Assembly (NCBI RefSeq): GCF_040938485.1
Contig: NW_027271582.1
Location: 248,001-312,000, forward strand
Length of the DNA: 64,000 bases
Reading direction: 5' to 3'
Source of the DNA: Diadema antillarum
Lineage: Eukaryota
A model generated the notes under the pieces. The model was given only the letters and a program-made list of their open reading frames with translations, did not search any database and was not told where the DNA came from. Below are positions 13,429 through 26,110 of the stretch, one piece after another (the stretch's first letter is position 1; each line of letters starts with the position of its first letter). Made by a program: the position numbers and the translations under genes.

Positions 13429-14127
13429 ACTGACATGACAATCCTCCCGGATATCAACTCCTGTCACATGCATTTAGAACAGGTCTATATCACACACAGC
13501 CCATGCCCACTGGGACACCCATTTTTCTGCTCTTGTTTATTTTTCTTCTTCTTTTTTATTTTCTCACGATATGATATGATACGCCATTGTCAAGGGCCCA
13601 TGAAAACCAGAGACAGGCCTATCACATCACGACTGGTCACGAGGGTCATTTACTATTAACTCAAGGACATCACCCCAAGTGATAAATTGTGGGCGTCTGT
13701 GAGTAAGCTGTCAAGGCCATAGGAATGCATGTGTGCCAGTGTGGAGTTTTTACGATCCTGAAACATCATTTTCTCTTTTCTAAATGTGCAGCTATGGTCC
13801 TTAGGCAGTACAGCTCTGTTTCTGTTTTTTTCTTTTTGTTTTTCAATGACTGCATTATGAGGCAAAAATTTGATCAAGCTCACTACCTGTATCTTGGCAC
13901 TTTTTACTATTTCATACTGTTTATTTAGTACTATATCATAATTGATATTTCACTGACTAAATATTGGCTTTAAAGCATCCACACAGATATAAACAAAACA
14001 ATTTGAATTTATCTAAATATCAGGCCCTAAAAATATCAACCACATGTTCATCAGGCCCAGTGTCATTTTATCATGAGTACTTTCAAGAGGGTGTTCGTGT
14101 GACATTACCTTAGAATGTAGTAATATA

Positions 14128-14366
14128 CTGTATACGCCACATTATTTAGCCAGTCTAATTTTTGGCGAATTAGGACTTCGCGACAACTTTGTGAGTGGTT
14201 AAATTCGCGGTCGTGGAGTGCAGTACAAATGGAGAATTGTATAAGTGTATGTCAAATTCATGTCGGGATTAGAGTCAATATTTTTGTGTTTCTTTAATTT
14301 TGCGCATAGCACCTGACTTGCGAAATCGCGAGAGTAAAAACCTTGTGCACTATTTGGCGTGTACAG
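14128..14366. mobile_element. TA-flanked MITE of the CTGTA...TACAG, TTCGCG-rich family
   Basis: TA|ctgtatacgcca ... tggcgtgtacag|TA. Confidence 0.7.
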
Positions 14367-15737
14367 TACACACACACATATACACTGTACATAGGGTATA
14401 TAATTTGTACATATACACGTAGTCAAACCTGTCTAGACGACCTGTAGCTACCACCCACGGGAGGCGAAAAAGTGATCATTACGGACAGGTGGCCATTAAG
14501 GAAGGTGATTGCGTAATGGTTTGTTTTATCATAAAAGTGTTGCATGATTCTTCTTTTCTTTTGGAAAACCCCATAACTCTCATCGCTCCCTCTTCACAAA
14601 TCAATTAATCACACTCATGTGCCTACTCCACTGAAACTCGCTGTGACTGAGATGGTATCACGTAATTGCACAATCCCCCATCTAAATGGCCTTCATGTGG
14701 GACTGTTGTACTATTCAACCAAAGTATCTCTATCTTACACGATGGCCAATTTGGGATGGGGACCATCAAATGAGTCCCTATAAAGTCGCAAATTCTAATC
14801 AAGTGCAAGGAGATGGACAGGGTTTAGTTCCCCTTTCATTTTATTTGCTTTCTTGTGTAAAGCATTTCTATTCTTGTTCAACTCTGCGAAGCCATCAGGA
14901 TCGATGACCACAAGAAATTGAGACCGAAAGAGGAAGCTAACCTCCACTCGACACCAGGATACAGTTATTTGACAGACAAACGGGATGTTACTATTGATAC
15001 AACCATGACATTTGCGCACCATTGGATGAAAAGCTGAGATTTATGAATGGTACCACTGATCATACTATGGTGTGTGTTTCATTTTTTGTCTGCCTTATGA
15101 CCAATGTGTAGTACTGGAGGTGCAGACACATGACTATTCGTTACCTGCCGTGCATCAGCGCTCATGGATATAGGAATTGTGTAACCTTGGGTCATAATAA
15201 CTGCTCTCTGCTTTGTTGAGTCCTGTGTAATTGCTATTGTTTTGTGGGAAATCCCTTCATTCACAAACAAATAGCAATCTATCCACAAAATATTTGGAGT
15301 AAGAAAGTCACAAGATTATGCCTTGCTTGAAGGTTTTGCATGGTGAAGTAAATGAGAAAGAAAGCTTTGCATATAATCTCTTCCTCGATCATCATCGCCA
15401 CAAGATGCCCTCGCTTGTCTCCCACAGACTGTGCAACCTAGAACTATCTCTCGGACCGTAGACTCTCATGAAATGTGGTGATCGGGCATTCTGACTGCTT
15501 GCACAGATGCTTTGGAATAAATGGGGGAAAACTGAGTGTATGCTGTGATACTAGACATTTCATCCTTGCACTATGAGTTGGCATACTGTAAGCTATCCAA
15601 AAGAAACATGAGTACATGTTGCCACTATCATAACAAAGACTACAATTCAATGGTCCCCCTGTAAACCTACTTGTTTTCATGCTCAGACAGGTGAAATGAA
15701 TTTCATGTGCTTTTGATTCCATGGAATCAAAGAGATA

Positions 15738-15973
15738 CTGTATTCACCGTATACTCGTGAGTTTTTCTTTTTTTGTGTGATTTTTGGGAGTCGGGTACTA
15801 TTTGCAAATATAAAAACATGCGAAAATATTAACTCTGATTCCGACAAGAATGTCACATGCATGCCTTATCTTTCCGTTCAGTACCGTACGCCGCCACACT
15901 TGTGTGAATTCAACCAGTCATGAAGTTGCCCGATTCGCAAAAATTAGACTCGTGAAATTTATGGCATATACAG
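15738..15973. mobile_element. TA-flanked MITE (CTGTA...TACAG family), 80 bp from the exon 7 donor
   Basis: TA|ctgtatt ... atatacag|TA with internal cgcaaaaatt/cgtgaaattt motifs. Confidence 0.6.
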
Positions 15974-16052
15974 TAAAACATTACATATTACAAGCAAGAA
16001 TATTCCCGCACTTTTATTTTCACGCTAGTTTCAAAAATGTTGAGTGTCTCAC

Positions 16053-16381
16053 CTTTCATCAGCTGGATGTAGAGCTTCCTGCCTATTCTCCGGGCACTCG
16101 TCGGCGCGATGAGTTTCTTGCTAGGCGTCTTGTCTCCCGACGTGGCCGGCGGGGAAGAGAGCGCTGTCGTCGGCGAGCGGACCGGAATGGTGGGAGGGAC
16201 CTTCCCGTTCGGCGACTTGCCGGGAATGGTGATTTCCAGGTGGCCGTTCTCGCGGGGCGATGTCGCCGTCGTGGCAGCCGAGGTCGGGAGGATCGCGTCG
16301 GAGGACAGGGCATTCCGCTCCCGCTGCACCGTCAGCTTTACGGTGGGGTTACGCATGGCTTCTCTCAGCATCTCTTGCGCT
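16053..16381 (-). CDS. PARD3: Par-3 exon 7/16 (end of PDZ1, Pro/Ser linker, start of PDZ2): (R)AQEMLREAMR...RRIGRKLYIQLMK
   Basis: tttgtgcacag acceptor, G|gtgag donor, 329 nt, phase 2-1. Lies within ORF 15988..16416. Confidence 0.95.
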
Positions 16382-17068
16382 CTGTGCACAAAGCCATACC
16401 AATGAGAGTTAAACATTACCTACTGAGAATGCTGATTTCAGCAGTACCGTGCAATCTACGCAGACAAACAGTCAATATTTTAAACCACAGGCCCTACAAT
16501 TCTTGTTTTCACATCTGTTTTGCTTCACGTTTGTTTTTACACACTGGATTCGGTCAATATTGAACATTCAGCTGATGTGACAAAGGTAGGCAAAGGCCAG
16601 CTGAAAAATGTGTGTTGTGAATATTGACATGGTGCACACTTTTGGGTATCACATTACTTGATGTGTTTGTTCCAATAAGAGAGCTGCAAATTTGCCATAT
16701 ACTGTATGTAAAAGAAATGAAAAATATTCACAGAAGTCTGGAACACATTACCTCGCGTCATTACCTTCCATTCAACTCCAGAAAATGGCATGAAGACGAA
16801 CCAATATATGGGAACATGAACCAATATATGGCCTGTAACTATTCCATAGAAAAACAAAAAACGAACAAAAAACCTGATGCATTCCTCTTTGGCATACACT
16901 TTCCAGATCAGCGACACAACATGCAAGTACATGTGATACACATCAAAGTCAGCATGGTTCCAAAGAGGGACCTGTGAGATGTATTTTACATGCATCTCAG
17001 TGGGCAAAGATAATTCCCAAACCAGGAAGATTTCACATTTTCTTGTAAGGCCTTGAAGAAATAATGAA

Positions 17069-17577
17069 CTCTTTATGTGCCACGTTCACACGTTGATTCA
17101 GTTGATGGCATGCCAAGTTCGCATATTCTGTTCAAACACACAAACCCACCCAAACTGATTGATAAATCACAAAATGTCACATTACATCAAAAGCATTTCT
17201 TGCAATTTCGTTCCTGTCACATGTAGCTAGCATTTTATGTAGTGATTGGCTTCATTGCGTCATGTGGTGTAATGGATTTGCGAGTCAATTTTCAGTTTCT
17301 GTCATTGTTTTGTGTGCAAAAGTCATGCCTCTACAATAATCTACCTAGTTGTCATTTGACCGAAAAACAAATCATAGATTTACATGTATCATACAATTTA
17401 CATCAAAGCAAAGCTTTTCTCTGCAACGTTGGCCAAGATATGTCCAGTGTAACAAAAATCTATAAAAGTTACATAGATTTGAAAACAAGAATGATTTCAA
17501 CAAACATAACTACATATCATGTTGCTGTCTTAGAATAATGTGACAATAACGGGATTTACACCATGGCGCATAAAGAG
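17069..17577 (-). mobile_element. ~505-bp piggyBac-like non-autonomous element, copy inverted relative to 26645 and 38020
   Basis: TIR ctctttatgtgcca ... tggcgcataaagag|TTAA. Internal sequence is reverse-complementary to 38020-38524. Confidence 0.75.
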
Positions 17578-17738
17578 TTAATTTGTCAGCAAGCCTTCTG
17601 CAGAATTAGGTAAGACAGCACTTGCTTCGTACACATCCAGTGGACTTTGCCAAAAGCATCACACTCAGGGTATTAAAACAACCTTTTTCTCAAGGGGGGG
17701 GGGGGGGGGGGGGGGGGGTGGTAAAAGGGGTTCCTCAC

Positions 17739-17864
17739 CTGTTGAATGTGTGGAGGGAGATGTCGGAACCGTTGATCTGGATGATGTAGTCACCGGGCCT
17801 CAGACGTCCATCCCTGGCGGCTCTTCCTCCGGCCTCGATCTGGTGAACTACAATTCCAAAGGCA
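17739..17864 (-). CDS. PARD3: Par-3 exon 6/16 (PDZ1): (S)AFGIVVHQIEAGGRAARDGRLRPGDYIIQINGSDISLHTFN
   Basis: ttttctcccag acceptor, AG|gtgag donor, 126 nt, phase 2-2. Carries the PDZ signature GRL.PGD.I..ING. Confidence 0.95.
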
Positions 17865-19788
17865 CTGGGAGAAAAGGGGGGGGGGGGCGGTGCGATGGAA
17901 AAGTTTATTATATACAGTGTTATGCGTAAAATAATTGCAGGGTTCTGTAACGGTGATCAAATTACTCTTGTGGGTATTTGTCGCTGTGCTTTAAATCTGC
18001 GTCGGTCTACATCTATGTGTGTTTGTGTCTATGTCGGGATGTATATTTGTGTCCTTGAGCTCATGAACTTGCCTTCAGATAAAGGATGCCAGCACATGCC
18101 ACCAAGACATGTCTGTCAACGGTGGAGCAGTGCGGAAAACAGGCACCCTCCAAGCTATGAGTCTGATATACCTACATTGTATGTATATTTTCCACAAAGG
18201 TTACACTTGATTTCGGTCAATGTATGTTGAGTCTACACACATGTATACACCAGCTGATTGTTTCATTACTTCATTGTTCTTTGTGCCCGGGGCCTGTTGT
18301 AATTTCTGGCATGAAGTTGCAGACAGCATCAAAACAAAATAGGCCTACAACTTTGGGGCATTCAAAATAAAGCATACGAATGAAACAATGGCAAGTCATA
18401 TCATACAAACAGTGAATGTGATGTTGTATGTTTGTATGTATGTTTGTCTGTCTGTGTTTGCACACCAACATTGCAAGTGATGTCATCCTGCCACAGTGGA
18501 AAACAATGTGCTTTGGCAGTGATCGACGGGTACTTTCAATCAGCTCCATGATGTATTTTGGTGGGACTAAAGTGGGACATGCAGGGCTCACACCCAGACA
18601 ACCTTGTGAGGTCAGCTGCTTCATCAGGAGACAAACTATCATGCTAGCCTTATTCAACTCTTTTTGAAAGCATTTTCAGCAACATGCCTTTCCACTCGCA
18701 TCAATGAGAACTTCTGCAAACCTTTAAAGTTATCAATAGCTACCCCGGCTCTCATGTTAAACTTTGTTACTTTCAGCTGTATTTATAAAGCTTACAGAGT
18801 TGTACCTCCAGCTCAAGTACAAAACTGTACTTCTTGTACACGACTAGCTATCAATCATCTACTATGCAAATTCTAATGTACTCTACACTCAAAATCACTA
18901 CCACTATCACTACGTATCAGCTCACATCTAATTATGGCACACAGGTTCCAGATTAGTTTGTAAGCCACTGCCCAAAAGGAATAGATAAAACCCTAAAAGA
19001 AGCATTACAATCAATGTTCCCAATGTCTAATAGTTTTGAATAAAAAACTTGAATTATTAACTATAAATTTTTAAAGAAAATGTGTATGATGACAATAAAT
19101 GCTAATATGATATGAGCACTTCAAAGAATTTTGCCTCGTGCCTCTCAAGCCAACCTTTTCCTTTCATGCAATAGTTTTCCTTTTGGATATCAGAAGCCCA
19201 AAATCCATGTTTGCTTGAAAAAGGCTAACCACTCCAGGCCATAGCATTTGGACAGGTGTACTTGATGGCTTACTTCATTTCTCACATGTCGAGCTCAGAC
19301 AGTTTGACCCCTGTTTTGTCTCCCCCCCCCCCCCTTTTACTTCAATTCTTGCTCTTTTTTAAAGTCTCTCTCAAACCCAAACAGGTAGCAAACGTCCTTT
19401 AGCCTTAACACATCGGAAGAAAAAAAGGCAGCATGCCTGTTGTATGATTTGTCAATGACAGTTGTCTGAGCATGTCTGCACTTACTCTGATCATCACTGA
19501 GGAGGGGGAGATAAAGAAATGATAGATTCCTAACTGTGTGAATACTGAAGCTTTTGTTTTGGTTTACCCTACATTGCTTCAGGAAAAAGGGAAAGATTCT
19601 CCCATCACGTCATAAGAAGATACAGGAAAAAATTTCATATTTTTGGGTAGTTACAAGTCAACGTACCAAGTGAGGTATCACTGGAAGCTTTTACTCTATT
19701 TGATGATGAGCTATTGTACTTTAAAATGTTTAGAAATGGCATTTCGCCCACTTTGCGATTTTAAAAACTCAATTGGATGCCCTCTCAC

Positions 19789-19922
19789 CTCCCGTCCCCA
19801 TGCTCGATCTTGCTGATGATGTGGACCCCCAGCGGAGTGCCGTCGTTGGTCAGCACGATGTCATCGATGTCTGCATCCATCTCGCCCTCAGTCACGACGT
19901 CGGGGCCTCGCTCTGCGTTGAC
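19789..19922 (-). CDS. PARD3: Par-3 exon 5/16 (start of PDZ1): VNAERGPD...LTNDGTPLGVHIISKIEHGDG
   Basis: aaaacag acceptor, AG|gtgag donor, 134 nt, phase 0-2. NDGTPLGVHI is the PDZ1 carboxylate loop (vertebrate NDGGPLGIHV). Confidence 0.93.
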
Positions 19923-20809
19923 CTGTTTTGGACAAGACATACGAGGAAAGGAGAGGTCACGTTAGATCTAAGCACAGTGGGCAAAGGAGTAGGTCTTTTT
20001 CAGGACTACATGCATCAAAGAAAGAATCTATGTGATGCACCACACACCAGCATATCCAGAACCATTTGCGTCCCTTCAAAACTATCACCTTACAACATGG
20101 CTGTAGTGATGAATCATATTTTCCGGAAGAGAGTGCTTCCATGATTACTGGTAGTACATACAAATGTACATCCCCTGTAGGGCAATATTTTGCACCTTGA
20201 CGTTAAGACTGAAATTGTAGAAATCAAAGGAGCACATCCACAAAAGTTTTCACAAAAATTAGACCATCTTTAATGTTTCTAGATGAGTTGTTTTTGATGT
20301 TTTGGTCTACCAAGTACCTACCTAGTAACATGTATTGAAAGAGAATGCACAGATTAAGAAATCAGAAACAACTCTGCTACAAACATTTGAGATTCTAATA
20401 CACAAGTGTGATTCTCAATTAGGAAAAGTGGAATAAAACATGAGTTTTTTTATTTTTGTATTTAATAGTCTAAAGGAGTCTGCTGTCAGAGGGGATGGGA
20501 CAGGGAGCGGATTATATGTGCGATAACATAATATCTCTTGTAATTCATTGCTTCTCTTTTGTTAAGCAGAAGCACGGAGAAAATTCATATCACTTGCAAG
20601 AAAAAATGTGAAGTCAATGACATTTGTGCTAATTCCAAAAAGTGTCATAAGCACACGACACTGTAAATACAAAGTTGTTTTACCAGTCTCAATCTAACAC
20701 TATAGTAAGAGTATCTTTCAGGGGATGTCTCTTCATTAGCCCTCCCCTCCCCCCTTTCATTCTTCCATAATCCCTATAAGTCAGTTATTAGTGTTTATAT
20801 CACACTCAC

Positions 20810-20968
20810 ATTGTTTTCAGCTTTCTGCTGGGCGTCCGTCCACTTGTTCATGCTCGGATGGGCGCTGGACAGCGACTGGCGCGCAGAGTCGCGGCCAAAG
20901 CGGGAGAAGGCACTGTTAAGCTCATCACGACTGCCCCTGCGTGACCGTGGTTTATCGGATGAATTGGT
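20810..20968 (-). CDS. PARD3: Par-3 exon 4/16: TNSSDKPRSRRGSRDELNSAFSRFGRDSARQSLSSAHPSMNKWTDAQQKAENN
   Basis: cccctcttctag acceptor, gtgagt donor, 159 nt, phase 0-0. Resembles vertebrate SRDANRSSLSASHPMVGKW. Not in the ORF track because it is under 60 aa. Confidence 0.92.
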
Positions 20969-21789
20969 CTAGAAGAGGGGATGAGGACATTGAGTAGTGG
21001 GACAGACAGATGAAGATAAAGGGGAAAAGGACAAAATTGAGAGTGTGAGAGATGTCAGGAAATAGCCATGCAGACTATTATATAAAAGATGTCATATACA
21101 TCTTGTACACGTACATCACACATTTTCTTCTCCCTCCCCTTTGGTTTTCATGATTTCTCTTGAAAACTGTATTTCATGTGAACAAAAATCCTTACATTGC
21201 ATACAAGATCTATACTGAATAACTCATGTAGGATAAATGAGGAACATCCCATCAAGATAAATGTCATAAAGCAACATAAACAGTATTTTCTCATAATCAC
21301 ATGTCAGAGACAGGTACATACATCCAGAATGAAATGGTCTTGATGGAAATATAAAACTTGAGGAATCCATGGCTGACAACAGTATGGTCAGACCACAATA
21401 TTTGTTTGCACAGAAAGTATGACACACTATTGTGTCTCTGTACATCATTTGCATGCGTCAAACACACAATGTGTACCTATCAAACATTCAGTGCACATAG
21501 GGGACAGGCATTATGCATATTTCACATATACTTGCATTTCAAATGTCACCCTATCACAACATTCTGATGCCTTTTCTCGCCTCTGCCTTGAACGTTATTC
21601 CGCAGAGGACCAACCAAGATGTAAAAAGTACCATCCCGCTCCTACGTGACAGCAAGTTTCCATAGCAACCCCCTGGATCCCATGTGTTTGTGAGAGTTTG
21701 TGTGACCAAAGATCACAGCACTAATGTTTCACTGAATGCAGATCAGCAGTTCTGCATGGGTAACTTCTGTTCTGTGCTCATCATGTGAT

Positions 21790-22790
21790 TGGGGAGAGGG
21801 GTGAAGAAGAGGGGTGAAGGAGAAGGGGGAGACGGGAGGGAGAAGAGAGGGACAGGGTGGAGGAGAAGGGTGGAAGAGAAGGGTGGAAGAGAGGGGTGGA
21901 AGAGAGGGGTGGAAGAGAGGGGTGGAAGAGAGGGGTGGAAGAGACGGGTGGAAGAGAGGGGCGGAAGAGACGGGTGGAAGAGAGGAGTGGGAGAGGGGTG
22001 GAGCAGAGGGGCAGAGGAGATGGGTGGAAGAAGGATAGAAGAGACACACGGAGGAGAGGGGTGGAAGAGGACAGAAGAGAAGGGGTGAGAGAATGGTTTA
22101 GAAGAGGGGGAGAGGAGAGGGGTGGAGAAGGGTGGAAAAAAGGGGTAGAAGAGGGGTGGAAGAGGGGTGAAAAGGGTGGAAGATTGGGTGGAGGAGAGGA
22201 GTGGTGGAGATGGGTGGAGGAGAACGGTGGAGGAGAGGGGTGGAGGAGAACGGTGGAGGAGAGGGGTGGAAGAGAGGAGTGGAAGAAATGGTGGGAAGAG
22301 AGGATGGAGGAGATAGTTAGGAGAGAAAGTTGGAGGAAATGGTTGGAATGGAGGGGTAGAGGAGAGGGGTGGAAGACAGGGCAGAACAGAGGTGTGGAAG
22401 AGATGGGTGGAGGAAAGGGGTGGAGGAGGTGGTTGGAAGAAAGGGGTGGAGGAGACCGTTGGAAAGAGAGGTGTGGACGAGAGGGATGGAAGGGAAGAGT
22501 GGGAGAGGGATAGAAGAAGAGAGGGGTGGAAGAGGGGTAGAAAAGAGAGATGAAGGAAAGGGGTGGAGGAGAGGGGTGGAGGAGACAGGTGGAGGAGAGG
22601 GATGGAAGACAGTGTGGAAGAGAGGGGTGGATGAGAGGTAGGGTCAAAGGAAACAGGGCGGAAAGGAAAGGAAGTGGTTTGGGAATTGGGTACTAGTGAT
22701 GGGGGATGAAGAGGGTGGGGATGGATGATAGGGATAGAAGTCAAAAAGGGGTGGGAGATAGGGATGGAGATAGGGGAAGGTGAGAGAAGA
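21790..22790 (+). repeat. ~1-kb polypurine tract built on a 13-bp unit GGGTGGAAGAGAG, degenerating rightwards
   Basis: Near-perfect 13-mer tandem at ~21865-21985; + strand almost purely G/A with periodic T. Confidence 0.92.
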
Positions 22791-23985
22791 CCGGTGGTAG
22801 CCTTGGAACTTCATCTTTTCAGATGTCGGCAACTTGTTCAGCCTAGTTACAACTATGCCTGTAATTTGCAAAACTGGGTAACGGTCCTATGGATGACAGC
22901 TATGACAAATAGGCCATTGAACTCTTCCAGTCCAGACAAACCTTTCTGCTCAGTTAACTTCTCTTTCACTTGATATTATTTTGTTTCATTTCTCCTCATA
23001 TATGCCATCTCTCTCTCTGCTAGGTAGTTTGTACAAAGGTTGTATGTTTTGTGTCTGCCTGCTGGTATTCATTTCTTTCTCTGATCCCCCGGTCACACGT
23101 TGCAAGTCGGGCCATAAAGAGAGGGCACTAGGGACAGAAATCAGCCCAATGAGAGTGATTCAGGGGGACATTTTACAGACCAGCAACAAGTGCAAACCAT
23201 GTTCAGATACTTGGAAGTTCCACCAATGACCTCTTAATCTCTATGATGTCTGAATGTCAGGCCCTCCAAATACTATTAAATGGCAAGCATGGATGTGACC
23301 ACTTGTTCCATAGTGAGTGATAAATCACGCTACAGGGGCCTTGACTGCAATGAGTTTGTGGGTCTTTGCACTTCACTTCTACTACAGTATAGGGCCTACA
23401 CTTGTTGTAAAATTCAGAAGCACATAGACGGTACACATACAATTGTAGATGGACATTTCTTTTTAAAGTACCCCACCATTCATATGACTTTGCAGGTACA
23501 AACTGGAATTTGGCACATGGATACAATCACTTGTCTTTTTGACAACACATTTGATACAATGTATTGTATGTTGCATATAAAACATTTGTTGTGGTACAAT
23601 AATGCGACTTCTGGTTGAGGTTGTTGTTTTTTTCAATTTTTTTAACTGCACTCATCCAAGTCTAGGTAAACATGGAGCAGAAAAGCTCTTCAAAGGTGAG
23701 GGAGGATGATAGGGAGAGAAAAAAGACATGTGAGGAAAGATACAGATAGATTGTGGAGTCCAGTGCGATGCCTGATTGAATTGAAACAATTAACTACATG
23801 TAAATGGCTCTCAGCAGGCAAATCGGGTGGCGTATACCTGGACTATTTTCAAGGATATCTTATTAGATTGGCTCCCATGGTTGATCTTCCGGCGTCACGT
23901 CTAAAGAGTGCTACATGCAGAGCTCTCCATAGACAATGCTCTTGTCATAAATCCAACAGCTTTATAACAAGCTCCAATCTCCTTG

Positions 23986-24140
23986 TTAAGGACAAGTTCA
24001 TCTTCAATACACATGTGGATTGAGTGAGGAAAATCAGACAATCCATTCAAAAGTTATGATTTTTGAAGTTACTGTGAAGCCATAGCTGAGTGAGGAGACT
24101 ACTGCACAGTTCTTTGATTATGATGTCACATAATGTGTAC
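23986..24140. mobile_element. Internally deleted fragment of the long-TIR Kolobok-type family (cf. 48152-48693)
   Basis: ttaaggacaagttcatcttcaatacacatgtggattgag...gacaatccattcaaaagttatg matches that TIR. Confidence 0.6.
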
Positions 24141-24555
24141 AATGATCAGACTTTCACTGATCAAGTTCTACCTGATCTAATGGTGTTGCATTCACTCAAT
24201 CCATAGGCCTACATATATCCTACAGGTACAGGTGAACTTATACTTTAATACAATATGGTACCTTCTCAGGCAATAAAGGGGAGTTCTTGTTTTATAATTA
24301 TATTACACATTCCATCATGGCATCTAGTTCACCCAAGTTATACAATGCCCACCCAACAGCTTGACCTTAATTACATAACATGCAGCTACAATGTAATTAT
24401 CTCTTCGTACAGCATCTACACTTACACTGTCACTAAATACGAACATGTTCATTATAAAAAGATGAAGACACTAATGGCTGGAACTTAGAGTATTATACCC
24501 TAAAGAAGGGAAGATCTACATTATATTTCATTCTTCCCTGAACCACAAAAAGGTA

Positions 24556-24764
24556 CTGTAAAAGTGGATATTTTCGCGCGACTAATTTTTCGCACTTGGC
24601 CGGATAAGAAGAATTTCGCATGTTTTTAGTTCCATGGAATCAAGATATCAACTACTGGAACATATGGCACACAAAAATATTCGCATGCTTTTCTTTTCGC
24701 GCTAGCTTCTGGTTGCGCGAAATGCATGAAAATTTCAACACCGCGAAAATTCCCACTTTTAGAG
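24556..24764. mobile_element. TA-flanked MITE (CTGTA family), degraded right end
   Basis: TA|ctgtaaaagtggatattttcgcg ... cgcgaaaattcccacttttagag. Confidence 0.6.
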
Positions 24765-25189
24765 TCAGTAGCTGAACCAGACATCTGGTATAGGCTTTCA
24801 ATGCTTTACCTGAAGACAGACAAAATATGACAAATTTTGTGACAAACAAGTTGTAGGCTTACATCCTCATTCATCTCTGAAAGCACTAGGTCATCATTGA
24901 TTGAAGTCATCCCCTCACATTATCGTCATAAAAGCCTATAAAGATGTTAAGATAAGTTTTGACATGTCACCTTCTCGGGTCTGCCAACATTCCCACATCC
25001 AAATCAGGGAGATTACACACAGCAATCAGGGAGATATCTGTGTGTTACATGCATTTCAATGGGTGAAAGTAATTCCCAAATCTGGGAGATTTTAATATTC
25101 TCTTATTTAGACATGAACAGATTTTGACATTTTCAGGGAGACTCCTGTAGAATCAGGGAGATTTGGCAGCTCTGCCTTCTTGCTTCAGA

Positions 25190-26110
25190 GCTTTCTTGTC
25201 CTGAGCGGGACACCTGATGTGTAGTAAAGAGTCAGCCTCTTGTCCTAAACAACTTATCCTGAACAAGGTAGGCCTACCTGGTACCATGCGAGGTTTAAAG
25301 AGTCGCCTTGTTATCCTGAACAAGGCACCATGTGAGTCTTGAAGAGTCACCTTGTTATCCTGAACAAGGCACCATGTGAGTCTTGACGAGTCACCTTCTT
25401 TATCCTGAACAAGGCACCATGTGAGTCTTGAAGAGTCACCTTCTTATCCTGAACAAGGCACCATGTGAGTTTTGAGGAGTCAACTTCTCATCCTGAACAA
25501 GGCACCTATGAGTTTTGAAGAGTCACCTTCTTTGTCCTGAACAAGGTATGTGGTGAGTTTTGCAAAATGACTTTCTTGTCCTGAACAAAGTACTTTAAAG
25601 GCGCATAGTCCTGTTAGAGTAGAGGGCGCTCTTGATAATACTGCCGATCACCATTAGCATTGATACGAAGATTGCCGAAGTTAAGCTGTCATCAAGAGTA
25701 AAGCGCGTAGGTGTTGGTAAGTAACGTTGCCTTCGTTGTCTTCTCTGCGCATCAGCAGTCTGCAGTAATGCCAGGGTGCGTGGATATGTGCTTGCTATTT
25801 ATGACATCACAAAAGAAGTTTGCTAAAGCTGTCATCCCACTCAGCCGAATCATGAGCCGAACTGTGATCGGACCACTGGCTACAGTGGATTGGACTTCTT
25901 CGGACTCTGGGTCACAGCGTAAGCACTAAAGAGGAGTCGATAGCATAGGTCTCTATAGGAAACTTGCGCCATGCGCCCGCGTACGCATTTGACTAAACCA
26001 CCGGGAACGTGTGCCTTTAATAGTGGATAGCAAAGAGTCACCTTCTCATCCTTAAACAAGGCACCTCATTACTAGTTTTGAAGAATAACTTTTTCATCCT
26101 GAACAGGATG
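25190..26110. repeat. 44-bp minisatellite TCCTGAACAAGGCACCATGTGAGTCTTGAAGAGTCACCTTGTTA, ~10 units, interrupted by a MITE
   Basis: Unit starts at 25257, 25314, 25358, 25403, 25447, 25491, 25535, 25579, then 26050 and 26097. Confidence 0.9.
25599..26016. mobile_element. Kolobok-type MITE inserted into a 44-bp minisatellite
   Basis: TTAA|aggcgcatagtcc ... gggaacgtgtgcct|TTAA (TTAA TSD, RR...YY termini). The minisatellite resumes after it. Confidence 0.7.

Noticed and set aside
21743-22744. Long 333/288/218-aa ORFs
   Set aside because: Artefacts of the stop-poor polypurine repeat; no splice or domain support.
25190-26110. CRISPR-like array (periodic hairpin repeat)
   Set aside because: The inter-hairpin segments are copies of each other rather than unique spacers, there are no cas genes, and the context is a eukaryotic intron.
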